Below are positions 45,801-55,225 of a stretch of DNA of 64,000 bases, piece after piece (positions within the stretch are counted from its first letter, which is position 1; every line of letters starts with the position of its first letter). The notes beneath the pieces were generated by a model. The model saw only the letters and a list, made by a program, of their open reading frames with translations, did not search any database and was not told where the DNA came from. A program made the position numbers and the translations under genes. The stretch is from an uncultured bacterium (GTDB taxonomy: Bacteria; Patescibacteriota; Minisyncoccia; Phycocordibacterales; GWA1-40-21). The DNA lies in the NCBI GenBank assembly GCA_963840885.1, contig CAWJAN010000005.1, positions 12,887 through 76,886 on the forward strand, in the 5' to 3' direction.

Positions 45801-46757
45801 ATGGATCAATACAAAATATTATTGCCTTCAAAACCAAAAATCATCAAAGAGGATGATTTTTCCGGAGTCTATGAAATAGACGGCCTTTATCCTGGATACG
45901 GACACACGCTGGGAAATTCCTTGAGAAGAATAATCCTTTCTTCTATTCCAGGCGTCGCCATCACATCCGTAAAGATAAACGGTGTGGATCATGAATTTTC
46001 ATCAATAAAGGGCGTAAAGGAAGACGTCATAAGCATGATATTGAACCTTAAGAAAATAAGGTTTAAAGCCGTAAATGACGGAGAGCATACGGTTGAGCTA
46101 AAGGTAAAGGGAATAAAAGAAATTACCGCAGAAGACATAAAAGTCCCTGGACAGATAGAAGTCCTGAATCCAAATCAGTATATCGCTTCAATAACGGATA
46201 AAAACACCGAACTAAATATAGAAATGAAAATCCAGAAAGGACTTGGTTTTGTCCCGAGAGAAGTGATACAGAAAGAAAAGGTTGAGATAGGCACGATAGC
46301 ACTCGATGCGATTTTCACTCCAATAAGAAAAGTAAATTATGAGGTAGAAAATATGCGCGTAGGAGACAGGACGGACTTCAACAAGATAACCATATCCATA
46401 GACACCGACGGTTCCATCACGCCTAATGAAGCTCTTGAAAAATCCATAATGATAATGATAGAACAATTAAAGGCTATCGTAGGCTTCCAGGAACCAAAAG
46501 AGGAAATGGAAGAAAAAAAATCTGCCAAAAATGAAGACGAAGAGAAGGAGGCTGATTCGGATTTCCTCAAAACAAGGATAGAGGGCTTGGATTTGTCCGT
46601 AAGAACAGTAAACGCGCTTACAAAAGCAAATATTAGGACTGCCGGAGGACTTGCAAAAAAGAAAGAGAAGGATCTCGACGATATAGAAGGTCTTGGGGCA
46701 AAAGGAATACAGGAAATAAAAAAGATGCTTTCGAATTACGGAATAACGCTTAAATAA
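45801..46757 (+). CDS. rpoA: DNA-directed RNA polymerase alpha subunit
   Basis: N-terminal dimerisation domain GYGHTLGNSLRRILLSS and a C-terminal CTD helix-hairpin-helix. Confidence 0.9.
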   Translation: MDQYKILLPSKPKIIKEDDFSGVYEIDGLYPGYGHTLGNSLRRIILSSIPGVAITSVKINGVDHEFSSIKGVKEDVISMILNLKKIRFKAVNDGEHTVELKVKGIKEITAEDIKVPGQIEVLNPNQYIASITDKNTELNIEMKIQKGLGFVPREVIQKEKVEIGTIALDAIFTPIRKVNYEVENMRVGDRTDFNKITISIDTDGSITPNEALEKSIMIMIEQLKAIVGFQEPKEEMEEKKSAKNEDEEKEADSDFLKTRIEGLDLSVRTVNALTKANIRTAGGLAKKKEKDLDDIEGLGAKGIQEIKKMLSNYGITLK

Positions 46758-46761
46758 GAAT

Positions 46762-47109
46762 ATGCTTCACAGGAACAAGAACAAACAGCTTAGCAGGAAC
46801 AAAAACCAGAGAAACGCACTCATAAAGAGCCTTGCGGTATCTTTGGTTAAGCATGGAAAGATAACTACCACGGAAATAAAGGCTAAGGTATTGAAGCCTT
46901 TCGTGGAAAAACTCATAACAAAAGGGAAGGCTGGCGATCTGAGCGCAACAAGGCTTATAGCATCAAAAATAGGCGCAGCTTCCGCAAAGAAAATAATCAA
47001 AGAAATATCGCCTAAATACAAAGACAGGCAGGGAGGATATGCGAGGATTATTAAAATAAAGGCCAGAGTATCTGACGGCGCAAGAATGGCGCAGATAGAG
47101 TTTGTATAA
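46762..47109 (+). CDS. rplQ: 50S ribosomal protein L17
   Basis: HRNKNKQLSRNKNQRNALIKSLAVSLVKHGKITTT. Confidence 0.9.
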   Translation: MLHRNKNKQLSRNKNQRNALIKSLAVSLVKHGKITTTEIKAKVLKPFVEKLITKGKAGDLSATRLIASKIGAASAKKIIKEISPKYKDRQGGYARIIKIKARVSDGARMAQIEFV

Positions 47110-47125
47110 TTTTAAAAACAAAAAT

Positions 47126-47485
47126 ATGAACACAGAAAAGAAAACCTATAGAATAGATGCATCCGGAGCAAAAATCGGAAGAATCGCAAGCCAGGCGGCG
47201 AGCCTTTTGACCGGAAAAAATCTGGCCGAATATGCCAAGAACAAGGTTTTCAATACGGAAGTCATAATAGAAAATATCTCCAAGCTGGATATAGGTGAAA
47301 AAAAACTGGTTCAGAAAACTTACAAAAGATATTCCGGATATCCGGGAGGCCAGTCTGAAAAAAGCATGGAGCAGATAATAGACAAGAAGGGTAGATCGGC
47401 TATAGTCAGGATGGCTGTTCTCGGAATGCTCCCAAGAAACAAGCTGAGATCCAAGGTTATAAAAAACTTGACCCTTAAAGATTAA
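47126..47485 (+). CDS. rplM: 50S ribosomal protein L13
   Basis: RIDASGAKIGRIASQAASLLTGKN. The start was chosen as ATG 47126 (MNTEKK). Confidence 0.8.
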   Translation: MNTEKKTYRIDASGAKIGRIASQAASLLTGKNLAEYAKNKVFNTEVIIENISKLDIGEKKLVQKTYKRYSGYPGGQSEKSMEQIIDKKGRSAIVRMAVLGMLPRNKLRSKVIKNLTLKD

Positions 47486-47493
47486 TTAAAAAG

Positions 47494-47898
47494 ATGACGG
47501 ATACAAAACACAATTATATAGAAGCTGTTGGCAGGAGAAAGACTTCAGTCGCGAGAGTGAGGGCTGTTCCTGCTTCAAAAAATTCGTTTACAATAAACGG
47601 AGGGAAAAGCGTCGAGGATTATTTCAAAAACGAGGCACAGAGGATCAAGACTCTTGAATCATTAAAAAAGGCTGAAGCTCAGCCGCTTTCCGTAACGGTA
47701 AGGGTAAGCGGGGGAGGAATAAATTCTCAGGCCGAAGCGGTAAGACATGCTATAGCAAGAATCTTGATAAAACTGACGCCAGAGCTCAGAAAAACTCTCA
47801 AAAAAGCCGGATTCCTGAAAAGAGATCCGAGAGCGAAGGAAAGAAGAAAATTCGGTCTCAAGAAAGCAAGAAAAGCTCCTCAGTGGTCAAAGAGATAA
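47494..47898 (+). CDS. rpsI: 30S ribosomal protein S9
   Basis: GGGINSQAEAVRHAIARIL...RRKFGLKKARKAPQWSKR. Confidence 0.9.
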   Translation: MTDTKHNYIEAVGRRKTSVARVRAVPASKNSFTINGGKSVEDYFKNEAQRIKTLESLKKAEAQPLSVTVRVSGGGINSQAEAVRHAIARILIKLTPELRKTLKKAGFLKRDPRAKERRKFGLKKARKAPQWSKR

Positions 47899-47900
47899 AG

Positions 47901-47936
47901 AAAAACTCCCGGTTAATTCCGGGAGTTTTGTTTTTA
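47901..47936. terminator. Bidirectional terminator shared by rpsI (+) and the convergent bS21-like ORF (-)
   Basis: AAAAACTCCCGG-ttaatt-CCGGGAGTTTTGTTTTT. Confidence 0.6.
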
Positions 47937-48104
47937 GGAGAAAAATTCCTTTGTTTTCTTATAGCAATCGAATTCTATCCTTTCGTATTCTAGCTTAATC
48001 CTCCTGGCTTTCCTACTTACTTCGGTAACCTCCTTCAGGGTTTTTGCTTTCTCAAGCTTTTTCTTCAAACCCCTCAAGCTATTCGTCTGTTTATGTTCCG
48101 TCAA
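47934..48104 (-). CDS. Putative 30S ribosomal protein bS21-like small basic protein (56 aa, TTG start). It is not in the ORF track
   Basis: The reverse-strand translation is MTEHKQTNSLRGLKKKLEKAKTLKEVTEVSRKARRIKLEYERIEFDCYKKTKEFFS. SLRGLKKKLEKAKTLKEV aligns to the S21 core ALRRFKR..EK.G.L.E. and RRIKLEYER to RRREFYEKP. GGAGAG lies 4 nt upstream of the TTG, and a sigma70-like TTGACA-N17-ATAACT promoter lies upstream on the minus strand (TTGACA = revcomp of plus 48169-48174). The stop abuts the bidirectional terminator. Confidence 0.4.
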   Translation of the reverse strand: MTEHKQTNSLRGLKKKLEKAKTLKEVTEVSRKARRIKLEYERIEFDCYKKTKEFFS

Positions 48105-48204
48105 ATTTCTCTCCGATTTCCTGTCAAAATGTTCGTCTTATATGAAGTTATCATTTTACATAATGAATTGTCAATGAAATTTAAAATAAATCCCCGCACT
48201 TGAT

Positions 48205-48240
48205 TTCAGGTGGGGAATAAAAAAGCCCGCAACTTTTTGG
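48205..48240 (-). terminator. Rho-independent terminator (minus strand) for the gene at 48268-48474
   Basis: GCCCGC...GCGGGC stem with a T tract on the minus strand. Confidence 0.5.
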
Positions 48241-48267
48241 GAAGCGGGCTTGGAATCGGGAAATTTA

Positions 48268-48474
48268 TTATATTCCCATCCTTTTGGTGACATATTCGAT
48301 ATGCCGCCGTTGATTGGCGAGATCATCGACGATGAAATAAAATTTTTCCATCGCTTTGGCCTCGTCCTCGATAGCTTTGAGTTCTTCTTCGGTCTTAGCA
48401 TCGAATATACGATGCCGGAACTCCAGAACCTTCGGCTCTTGCACGGCAAACGGATCTTTTTTTTCTCCGTCCAT
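48268..48474 (-). CDS. Small hypothetical acidic protein (68 aa). The start was taken at the internal ATG, preceded by GGAGGC
   Basis: MDGEKKDPFAVQEPKVLEFRHRIF... It is divergent from grpE. Confidence 0.4.
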   Translation of the reverse strand: MDGEKKDPFAVQEPKVLEFRHRIFDAKTEEELKAIEDEAKAMEKFYFIVDDLANQRRHIEYVTKRMGI

Positions 48475-48598
48475 GATAATGCCTCCTGATTGGAACTGTA
48501 AACTTCTTAAATAGAATATCATAATTTAATACTTAAGTCAATACAAGACGGCCATAAAAAAATCCGCCTCCTTATAAATAAGGCTGGCGGCATTTGAT

Positions 48599-48735
48599 CT
48601 GTCCGGGGTTTTCTATTCATCCCTGGACTCTCTTGCCCAGGGTGTTTAATTCATCCCAGGGCGCACTTAACATTTCCCGGGGTCATTATATCTGTCCCAA
48701 TGGGTACGAGAGAAGTGATACTCTCTTTCTCCTTT
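48599..48735. promoter_or_regulatory. Array of six CC(C)NGGG palindromic motifs at roughly 16-21-bp spacing, plus an inverted repeat GAGAG-N8-CTCTC next to a TATAAT, in the divergent region upstream of grpE
   Basis: CCGGGG 48603, CCCTGG 48621, CCCAGGG 48637, CCCAGGG 48655, CCCGGGG 48676, CCCAATGGG 48696. TTCATCCC recurs, and TATAAT sits at 48740-45. Confidence 0.35.
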
Positions 48736-48807
48736 CTGCTATAATGATAGCATGATTGATATATATTGTCAAGCATAAAACTTGATTTTCTGTATATTGA
48801 TGGTAAA

Positions 48808-49416
48808 ATGGCTATAAATATGCACAAAAAAGACCCTAATAATGACGATATCGTATACGAGGAAAGCGAAAAAAAGGCCAAAAAACACGTCTCCGATGAT
48901 GTAGTTATGGACGATGAAAATGAAGCTCCTGAAGCTCTGGCCAAGAAGCTTAAAGAGAAAATCAAGATTCTTGAAAAAGAAAAACAGGAATATATGGACG
49001 GCTGGCAGAGAGAACGCGCCGATTTCATAAACTATAAGAAAAGAATAGAGGGTGAGAAAGCTGAGATAGTGAAATATGCCACAGAAAATCTTATTGCCGA
49101 CCTTATTCCTGTTTTCGACAGTTTTGAAATGGCATTTGCCAATAAAGAAGCCTGGGAAAAAGTTGATAAAAACTGGAGAACGGGAGTCGAATACATCCAT
49201 TCGCAGCTCGTCAAAGCTCTTGCCGATAACGGCTTCAAAGAAATCAATCCTATCGGCGAAAGATTTGATCCGAAATATCATGTAGCTGTAGAACATAAGG
49301 AAATTGAGGATAAGGAAAATGACGGGATAATAGTTCATGTTAAGAAAAAAGGTTATATGCTTAATGACAAAATAGTGATTGCCCCGCAGGTCGTTGTTGC
49401 CGAGTATAAAAAATAA
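48808..49416 (+). CDS. grpE: Nucleotide exchange factor GrpE
   Basis: Coiled-coil followed by DGWQRERADFINYKKR...LIPVFDSFEMA...INPIGERFDPKYH. The start codon is uncertain (48808 or 48820). Confidence 0.8.
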   Translation: MAINMHKKDPNNDDIVYEESEKKAKKHVSDDVVMDDENEAPEALAKKLKEKIKILEKEKQEYMDGWQRERADFINYKKRIEGEKAEIVKYATENLIADLIPVFDSFEMAFANKEAWEKVDKNWRTGVEYIHSQLVKALADNGFKEINPIGERFDPKYHVAVEHKEIEDKENDGIIVHVKKKGYMLNDKIVIAPQVVVAEYKK

Positions 49417-49431
49417 ACTATAATTAAAAAT

Positions 49432-49731
49432 ATGTTAGCCGTACAAAAACAGCATGGATATGCAAGAAAGATGGTCACATTGCCTAACGGGGCAAAGGCC
49501 TTTGTTGTTTTTGAACTTACCGAAATAAACGGCAAGATCACGGCTAAAGCTGTCTTTATAAAAGTTCTGGAACAGGCGGTGGAGAAAAATCCGGTGATGT
49601 TCATTTCCGGCGGAGCAGAGAAAAAAACTGTCAAACCCATAGTCAGCCCATTTTTTGCAGAAGTCGAAAATATTTTCAAGAATTTTTCATTCACAGTATC
49701 ACAACCCACAAGAGCTCCTGATTTTGAATAA
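49432..49731 (+). CDS. Hypothetical protein (99 aa) inserted between grpE and dnaK
   Basis: ORF with no recognisable motifs. Confidence 0.4.
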   Translation: MLAVQKQHGYARKMVTLPNGAKAFVVFELTEINGKITAKAVFIKVLEQAVEKNPVMFISGGAEKKTVKPIVSPFFAEVENIFKNFSFTVSQPTRAPDFE

Positions 49732-49813
49732 AAGGGAAATCGAGCCTTAAGCTTGATTCGTTTAAAAGTATTAGAAGTACTGATTTTTTAATTTAACTCA
49801 ATAAAATAAATAT

Positions 49814-51700
49814 ATGTCAAAAATAATAGGAATAGACTTGGGAACGACCTTTTCGGCAATGGCAGTAATGGAAGGAAATGCGCCAAAAATCATCGAAAAT
49901 GCCGAGGGAGCAAGGACCACGCCGTCCATTGTCGCAACTACAAAAACAGGCGAAAAGCTTGTCGGGCTTCTCGCAAGAAGGCAGGCTGTCACCAATCCGA
50001 AAAATACCATCTTCCAGATAAAAAGATTCATGGGACACCGGTTCGAAGATGCAGGAGTGCAGGCAGACAAAGCATCCGTTTCATTCGACATCCTGAAATC
50101 CGCAACTGGCGGAGTGGAAGTTGCAATGGCAGGCAAGAACTACAGGCCGGAAGAAATTTCCGCGATGATCCTGCAAAAGCTGAAAACTGATGCTGAAGCG
50201 AGGCTTGGAGAAAAAATCACTGATGCGGTCATCACAGTACCGGCGTATTTCAACGACTCGCAAAGGCAAGCTACCAAAGACGCCGGGCAGATCGCCGGGC
50301 TAAATGTCCTTAGGATAATAAACGAGCCTACCGCGGCAGCTCTTGCATACGGCCTCAATAAAAATAAGAACGAAAAAATTGCTGTGTACGATTTTGGAGG
50401 CGGAACATTCGATGTTTCTATCCTTGAAATCGGCGACTCTGTTGTGGAAGTCCGCTCGACAGACGGGGACTCGCATCTAGGAGGACGCGATATAGACAAG
50501 AAAATAGTTGATTGGCTGGCTGAACAGTTCCAGAAAGAAAACGGCATAGACTTGAGAAAAGACGCTCTTTCTTTGCAAAGGATTGATGAAGCGGCGGAAA
50601 AAGCGAAAATCGAACTTTCTACCGCGCTTGAAACTGAAATAAATATTCCGTTCGTCACGTCTGATGCAACTGGACCTAAGCACTTGCTCGTAAAAATGTC
50701 CCGCGCAACTTTAGAAAACCTTACCAAAGACCTGATAGACCGCTCTATTGAAATCGCCAAGAAAGCACTTGCCGCATCGCCGTTTAAAGTCGCAGATATA
50801 AATGAAGTCATAATGGTAGGCGGACAAACAAGGATGCCTGCCATCATAAAGGCTGTGAAAGATATTTTCGGCAAAGAGCCAAATCTTTCTGTAAACCCTG
50901 ATGAAGTCGTGGCTATGGGAGCCGCAGTCCAAGGCGGAATTTTGAGAGGAGACGTCAAAGACGTTTTGCTTCTTGATGTCATACCGCTATCGCTCGGCAT
51001 TGAAACAATGGGCGGAGTGGCTACGCATTTGGTTGAAAAAAATACGACAATTCCCACATCCAGAAGCCAAGTATTCTCAACCGCCGCCGACAATCAGACT
51101 TCCGTTGAAATACATATAGTCCAAGGAGAACGGCCGATGGCAAGCGACAATAAATCACTCGGAAGATTTATCTTAGATGGCATTCCGCCTGCGCCGCGCG
51201 GAATGCCGCAGGTGGAAGTCTCATTTGATGTAGATGCAAACGGGATCCTCAATGTAAAAGCAAAAGACAAGGCGTCAGGAAAAGAACAGTCTATCAGGAT
51301 TGAAGCTTCTTCGGGCCTGAAAAAAGAAGATATTGAAAAGATGAAAAAAGAAGCGGAAATGAACGCTGCGGAAGATGCGAAAAAGAAAGATTCAGTTGAA
51401 TCAAAAAATATCGCAGAGCAGATGATTTATACCGCGGAAAAAGCTATCAAAGATAATGGCGCAAAGATTCCAGCGGACGTCGTAAAAGGTGTCGAAGACA
51501 AGGTTGCCGATTTGAAAACGGTAAAAGATGGCGCTGATGTCGCGGCAATAAAAACAAAAACCGAGGCTCTTTCGGCAGAGATGCAGAAAATCGGTGAAGC
51601 GATGGCGAAAGCCCAGCAATCCGCTCCTGGACAAACCGGCGGGGATGAAAAGAAAGATGATAATGTTAAAGATGCGGATTACAAGGAAACCGGAAAATAA
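49814..51700 (+). CDS. dnaK: Molecular chaperone DnaK (Hsp70)
   Basis: [16 protein letters not shown] and the substrate-binding domain; acidic C-terminus. Confidence 0.95.
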   Translation: MSKIIGIDLGTTFSAMAVMEGNAPKIIENAEGARTTPSIVATTKTGEKLVGLLARRQAVTNPKNTIFQIKRFMGHRFEDAGVQADKASVSFDILKSATGGVEVAMAGKNYRPEEISAMILQKLKTDAEARLGEKITDAVITVPAYFNDSQRQATKDAGQIAGLNVLRIINEPTAAALAYGLNKNKNEKIAVYDFGGGTFDVSILEIGDSVVEVRSTDGDSHLGGRDIDKKIVDWLAEQFQKENGIDLRKDALSLQRIDEAAEKAKIELSTALETEINIPFVTSDATGPKHLLVKMSRATLENLTKDLIDRSIEIAKKALAASPFKVADINEVIMVGGQTRMPAIIKAVKDIFGKEPNLSVNPDEVVAMGAAVQGGILRGDVKDVLLLDVIPLSLGIETMGGVATHLVEKNTTIPTSRSQVFSTAADNQTSVEIHIVQGERPMASDNKSLGRFILDGIPPAPRGMPQVEVSFDVDANGILNVKAKDKASGKEQSIRIEASSGLKKEDIEKMKKEAEMNAAEDAKKKDSVESKNIAEQMIYTAEKAIKDNGAKIPADVVKGVEDKVADLKTVKDGADVAAIKTKTEALSAEMQKIGEAMAKAQQSAPGQTGGDEKKDDNVKDADYKETGK

Positions 51701-51743
51701 TATCGCTAAATAGCTAACAGCTCCTCTGCTGACCAAAAATCTC

Positions 51744-52238
51744 ATGAACAATAAAATTAAAATCTTAACTACTGGTGGCACTATTGATTGCATAAGTATT
51801 GATCAATTAACAAATGTGTATACATTTGTTAATTCGCATATTCCAAAAATGTTAGAACATGCAAGATTGAATGATATTGTTGTTGATGAAATTATGATGA
51901 AGGATTCGCTCTTAATGAATGATATTGATAGAGAAAAAATTTCAAATAAATGTCAATCGTGTAGCGAGGATAAAATTGTTATAACTCACGGTACAGATAC
52001 AATGCCCGAAACTGCTAAATATTTAGGTGAACGTATCAAAGATAAAACAATTGTTCTTCTCGGGGCCATGATTCCTTACAACCAGAAAGATTCAGACGCA
52101 ATGTTTAATTTTGGTGCTGCAATTGCAAATGTTCAATTATTACCAAAAGGAGTCTATGTTTCTATGAATGGGAAGGTCTTCAATTGGGATAATGTCAAAA
52201 AGAATAAAGAACTTGGAATATTCGAAAAATTAAATTAA
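51744..52238 (+). CDS. L-asparaginase-family protein, N-terminal domain only (164 aa)
   Basis: [10 protein letters not shown] and ITHGTDTM catalytic motifs. It is markedly AT-rich (~30% GC) with TTA/AAT/ATT codon usage unlike its neighbours. Confidence 0.6.
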   Translation: MNNKIKILTTGGTIDCISIDQLTNVYTFVNSHIPKMLEHARLNDIVVDEIMMKDSLLMNDIDREKISNKCQSCSEDKIVITHGTDTMPETAKYLGERIKDKTIVLLGAMIPYNQKDSDAMFNFGAAIANVQLLPKGVYVSMNGKVFNWDNVKKNKELGIFEKLN

Positions 52239-52240
52239 TC

Positions 52241-53335
52241 ATGACATCCAAAGACTACTACAAAATCCTCGGAGTCGATAAATCGGCTTCACATGAGGAC
52301 ATAAAAAAAGCTTTCCGAAAGCTTGCTCACGAGCATCACCCGGACAAAGGCGGAAACGCCGAGAAGTTCAAGGAGGCAAGTGAGGCGTATTCGGTATTGT
52401 CGGATGATTCAAAACGCGCGCAATACGATCAGTTTGGAAGCGCAGGTCCTGCCGGTAGCTCAGGATTTGGCGGCGGAGCTGGAGGATTCAATCCGCAGGA
52501 TTTCGGATTTGATTTTTCCGGCTTCCAGGGAGGAAACGGGCAGAATTTCGAATTCGACCTTGGCGACATATTCGGCGAATTTTTTGGCGGAGGAGGCGGG
52601 AGAAGCGCTCAAAGAAAAGGCAAAGACATATCCATAGATATGGAAATTCCTTTTTCCGAATCTGTTTTCGGAGCTGAAAAGAAAATAAAGCTTACGAAAA
52701 CTTCAAAATGCAATGAATGCGGAGGCACAGGAGGAAAACCGGGCACGGCAATGGAAACCTGCAGAACATGCTCCGGCAAAGGAAAAATTCGTGAGATGAA
52801 AAGATCTATATTCGGAACATTCGCTACCGAGCATATATGCAATGAATGCGGCGGCACGGGAAAAATTCCGAAAGAAAAATGTAATGTGTGCCATGGCGCA
52901 GGAATTCTAAGAAGGGAAGAGGAATTCAATGTAAATATTCCAGCCGATATAAACGATGGAGAAACCATACGCCTTGCCGGCGCAGGCGAAGCCATAAAAG
53001 AGGGTAAATCCGGAGACCTATATATACGCCTGCACGTGAGGCAAGATAAATTTTTCCACAAGGAAGGCAAGGATTTGGTGACGGAACTTAATATAAAACT
53101 GACGGATGCGATACTTGGCGCAAAATATGTCATAAAAACGCTTGATGGAGACATAGAGCTGAAAGTTCCGGAAGGCGCCGAATTCGGCCAAATATTGCGG
53201 ATAAAAGGCAAAGGAGTACCAATAACTCCGGCAAAAAGAGGCGACTTGCTTGTAAAACTCAATATAAAAATGCCTAGCCGACTTTCGCGAAAAGCCAAAG
53301 AGGATTTTGAGGATTTGAAGAAGGAGGGAATATAA
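52241..53335 (+). CDS. dnaJ: Molecular chaperone DnaJ
   Basis: J-domain HPD ([10 protein letters not shown]), G/F-rich region and four CxxCxGxG zinc-finger repeats. Confidence 0.9.
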   Translation: MTSKDYYKILGVDKSASHEDIKKAFRKLAHEHHPDKGGNAEKFKEASEAYSVLSDDSKRAQYDQFGSAGPAGSSGFGGGAGGFNPQDFGFDFSGFQGGNGQNFEFDLGDIFGEFFGGGGGRSAQRKGKDISIDMEIPFSESVFGAEKKIKLTKTSKCNECGGTGGKPGTAMETCRTCSGKGKIREMKRSIFGTFATEHICNECGGTGKIPKEKCNVCHGAGILRREEEFNVNIPADINDGETIRLAGAGEAIKEGKSGDLYIRLHVRQDKFFHKEGKDLVTELNIKLTDAILGAKYVIKTLDGDIELKVPEGAEFGQILRIKGKGVPITPAKRGDLLVKLNIKMPSRLSRKAKEDFEDLKKEGI

Positions 53336-53345
53336 AAAATATAAA

Positions 53346-53386
53346 TAAAGACGGATTTCACAAAGTGAAATCCGTCTTTATTTTTG
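53346..53386 (+). terminator. Rho-independent terminator
   Basis: AAGACGGATTTCAC-aaag-TGAAATCCGTCTT followed by a T tract. Confidence 0.6.
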
Positions 53387-53393
53387 TGTTATA

Positions 53394-55184
53394 ATGACAA
53401 AAAATATGCATAAATCGGAGAGTAATGCCAAAATCGGCCAGATTTTTAAGGAATTCTGGAAAGGAGTAAGGCCAAATAAATCTTTATTCTGGTTTTCTTT
53501 TGTCATGTTCTTTTTTTCTCAGTTTGTAAGCATTTTTGTGCCTCTTTACTATAAACAGTTTTTTGATGTTCTAGGAAGCCAGGCGGACAGATATTCGCTT
53601 TATTCTCAATTGGTAAACGTAATCCTAATAATCCTGGGTATCCATCTTTTAAATTGGATATTTTGGCGCACAGGCATGCTTTCCTACAATGTAATGCAAT
53701 CGAAAACCATTGCAAGGCTTAAGCAATATTCTTTTGAGAATACGATTCAGCATGCGCACAGTTTTTTTGCGAACAATTTCACCGGAAGCCTGGTGCAGAA
53801 AATAAACAGGTTTAGCCGATCATTTGAAGCGCTCTGCGACGTAACGGCTTTCAACATAATGCCGGTGATCATAAACATCGTTGGTTCCATTATTGTCACG
53901 TGGATTGTGGCTCCAGTGATATCAATAATAATCATGATATGGGTGGTACTCTTCGTGACTTTCAATCTGTTTTTTTCAAAATGGAGAATGAAGTTCAACC
54001 TTGCCGTGTCCGATGCCGACTCAAAAACTTCCGGATATCTTGCGGACGCAATGACAAACAACAATGCAGTATCTTTTTTCACCGGATTTTCATACGAAAA
54101 AAAGGGATTCCAGGATGTTTCAAACGACCAGGCGCAAAAAATGAGAAAATCCTGGCTTATGAGTGAAATAAACGATGCTACCTACGCATTCTTCATCATA
54201 TTCGTGGAATTTTTCGTCTTCTACTTCGTAATAAAATATTGGGAAAGAGGGCTCGCTACTATCGGTGTGTTCGTGCTTGCACAGACATACATCATCGGCC
54301 TTGCACAGCAGCTATGGGGGCTTTCCAGCGTCATAAGAAGGATTAACGAGAGCATTGCCGATTCAAAAGAGATGATAGACATACTCAACACACCTTTTGA
54401 AGTTCAGGATGTTCCGAATGCAAGAAATCTTACAATCCAAAAAGGTGAAATCGTTTTCAAAGATGTGTATTTCAATTTCAACGAAACTCGCGAGGTTCTT
54501 TCCGGAATAAATCTTTCCATTAAGCCCGGAGAAAAAATAGCTTTCATCGGCCCGTCAGGTGCCGGAAAAACCACTCTGGTAAGGCTCATCATGAGAGTCT
54601 ACGATCTGACCGCCGGTTCAATCTTAATCGATAATCAGAATATTAGTTCGGTTTCCCAGGAAAGTTTGCGCGAAAATATAAGTTTTGTTCCCCAAGATCC
54701 GGTGCTTTTTCACAGAACCTTAATGGACAATATAAGATACGGAAAAAGAGACGCTACCGATAAAGAAGTCATGGAAGCGGCGCGTCTTGCGCACTGTGAT
54801 GAATTTATAGATGTTTTGCCTTTGAAATACGATACATTTGTGGGAGAACGCGGAATAAAACTTTCCGGCGGAGAACGCCAAAGAGTCGCGATTGCAAGAG
54901 CCATATTGAAGAAAGCGTCGATACTTATACTCGACGAGGCGACATCGAGCTTGGATTCCCATTCCGAAGCTCTCATACAGGACGCGCTCGATAACTTAAT
55001 GCACAATTGCACTACAATCGTAATTGCACACCGCCTTTCCACCATCAGAAAAATGGACAGGATAATTTCCATACAGGGAGGAAAAATTGTTGAAGAGGGT
55101 ACTCACGCCGAGCTTGTTAAAAAGAAAAGCGGGCTTTATAAAAAATTATGGGATCTTCAGGTCAGCGGATTTATCAACGAATAA
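53394..55184 (+). CDS. ABC exporter, fused permease and ATPase (type I, MsbA-like)
   Basis: Six N-terminal TM segments, then [24 protein letters not shown] and ILDEATSSLD motifs. Confidence 0.85.
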   Translation: MTKNMHKSESNAKIGQIFKEFWKGVRPNKSLFWFSFVMFFFSQFVSIFVPLYYKQFFDVLGSQADRYSLYSQLVNVILIILGIHLLNWIFWRTGMLSYNVMQSKTIARLKQYSFENTIQHAHSFFANNFTGSLVQKINRFSRSFEALCDVTAFNIMPVIINIVGSIIVTWIVAPVISIIIMIWVVLFVTFNLFFSKWRMKFNLAVSDADSKTSGYLADAMTNNNAVSFFTGFSYEKKGFQDVSNDQAQKMRKSWLMSEINDATYAFFIIFVEFFVFYFVIKYWERGLATIGVFVLAQTYIIGLAQQLWGLSSVIRRINESIADSKEMIDILNTPFEVQDVPNARNLTIQKGEIVFKDVYFNFNETREVLSGINLSIKPGEKIAFIGPSGAGKTTLVRLIMRVYDLTAGSILIDNQNISSVSQESLRENISFVPQDPVLFHRTLMDNIRYGKRDATDKEVMEAARLAHCDEFIDVLPLKYDTFVGERGIKLSGGERQRVAIARAILKKASILILDEATSSLDSHSEALIQDALDNLMHNCTTIVIAHRLSTIRKMDRIISIQGGKIVEEGTHAELVKKKSGLYKKLWDLQVSGFINE

Positions 55185-55225
55185 AATCCCTTTAATTATC
55201 GGCCATAATTTGCTAATATTGTTGT

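Noticed and set aside
48171-48449. 92-aa minus-strand ORF overlapping the small gene at 48268-48474
   Set aside because: It is in a different frame over the same DNA, with no RBS, and it crosses the predicted terminator. I preferred the 68-aa ORF with the GGAGGC SD.
50140-51093. 317-aa minus-strand ORF
   Set aside because: It is the well-known antisense shadow ORF within dnaK. dnaK is unambiguous on the + strand.
52609-53361. 250-aa minus-strand ORF
   Set aside because: It is antisense to dnaJ, whose J-domain and CxxCxGxG repeats are clear on the + strand.
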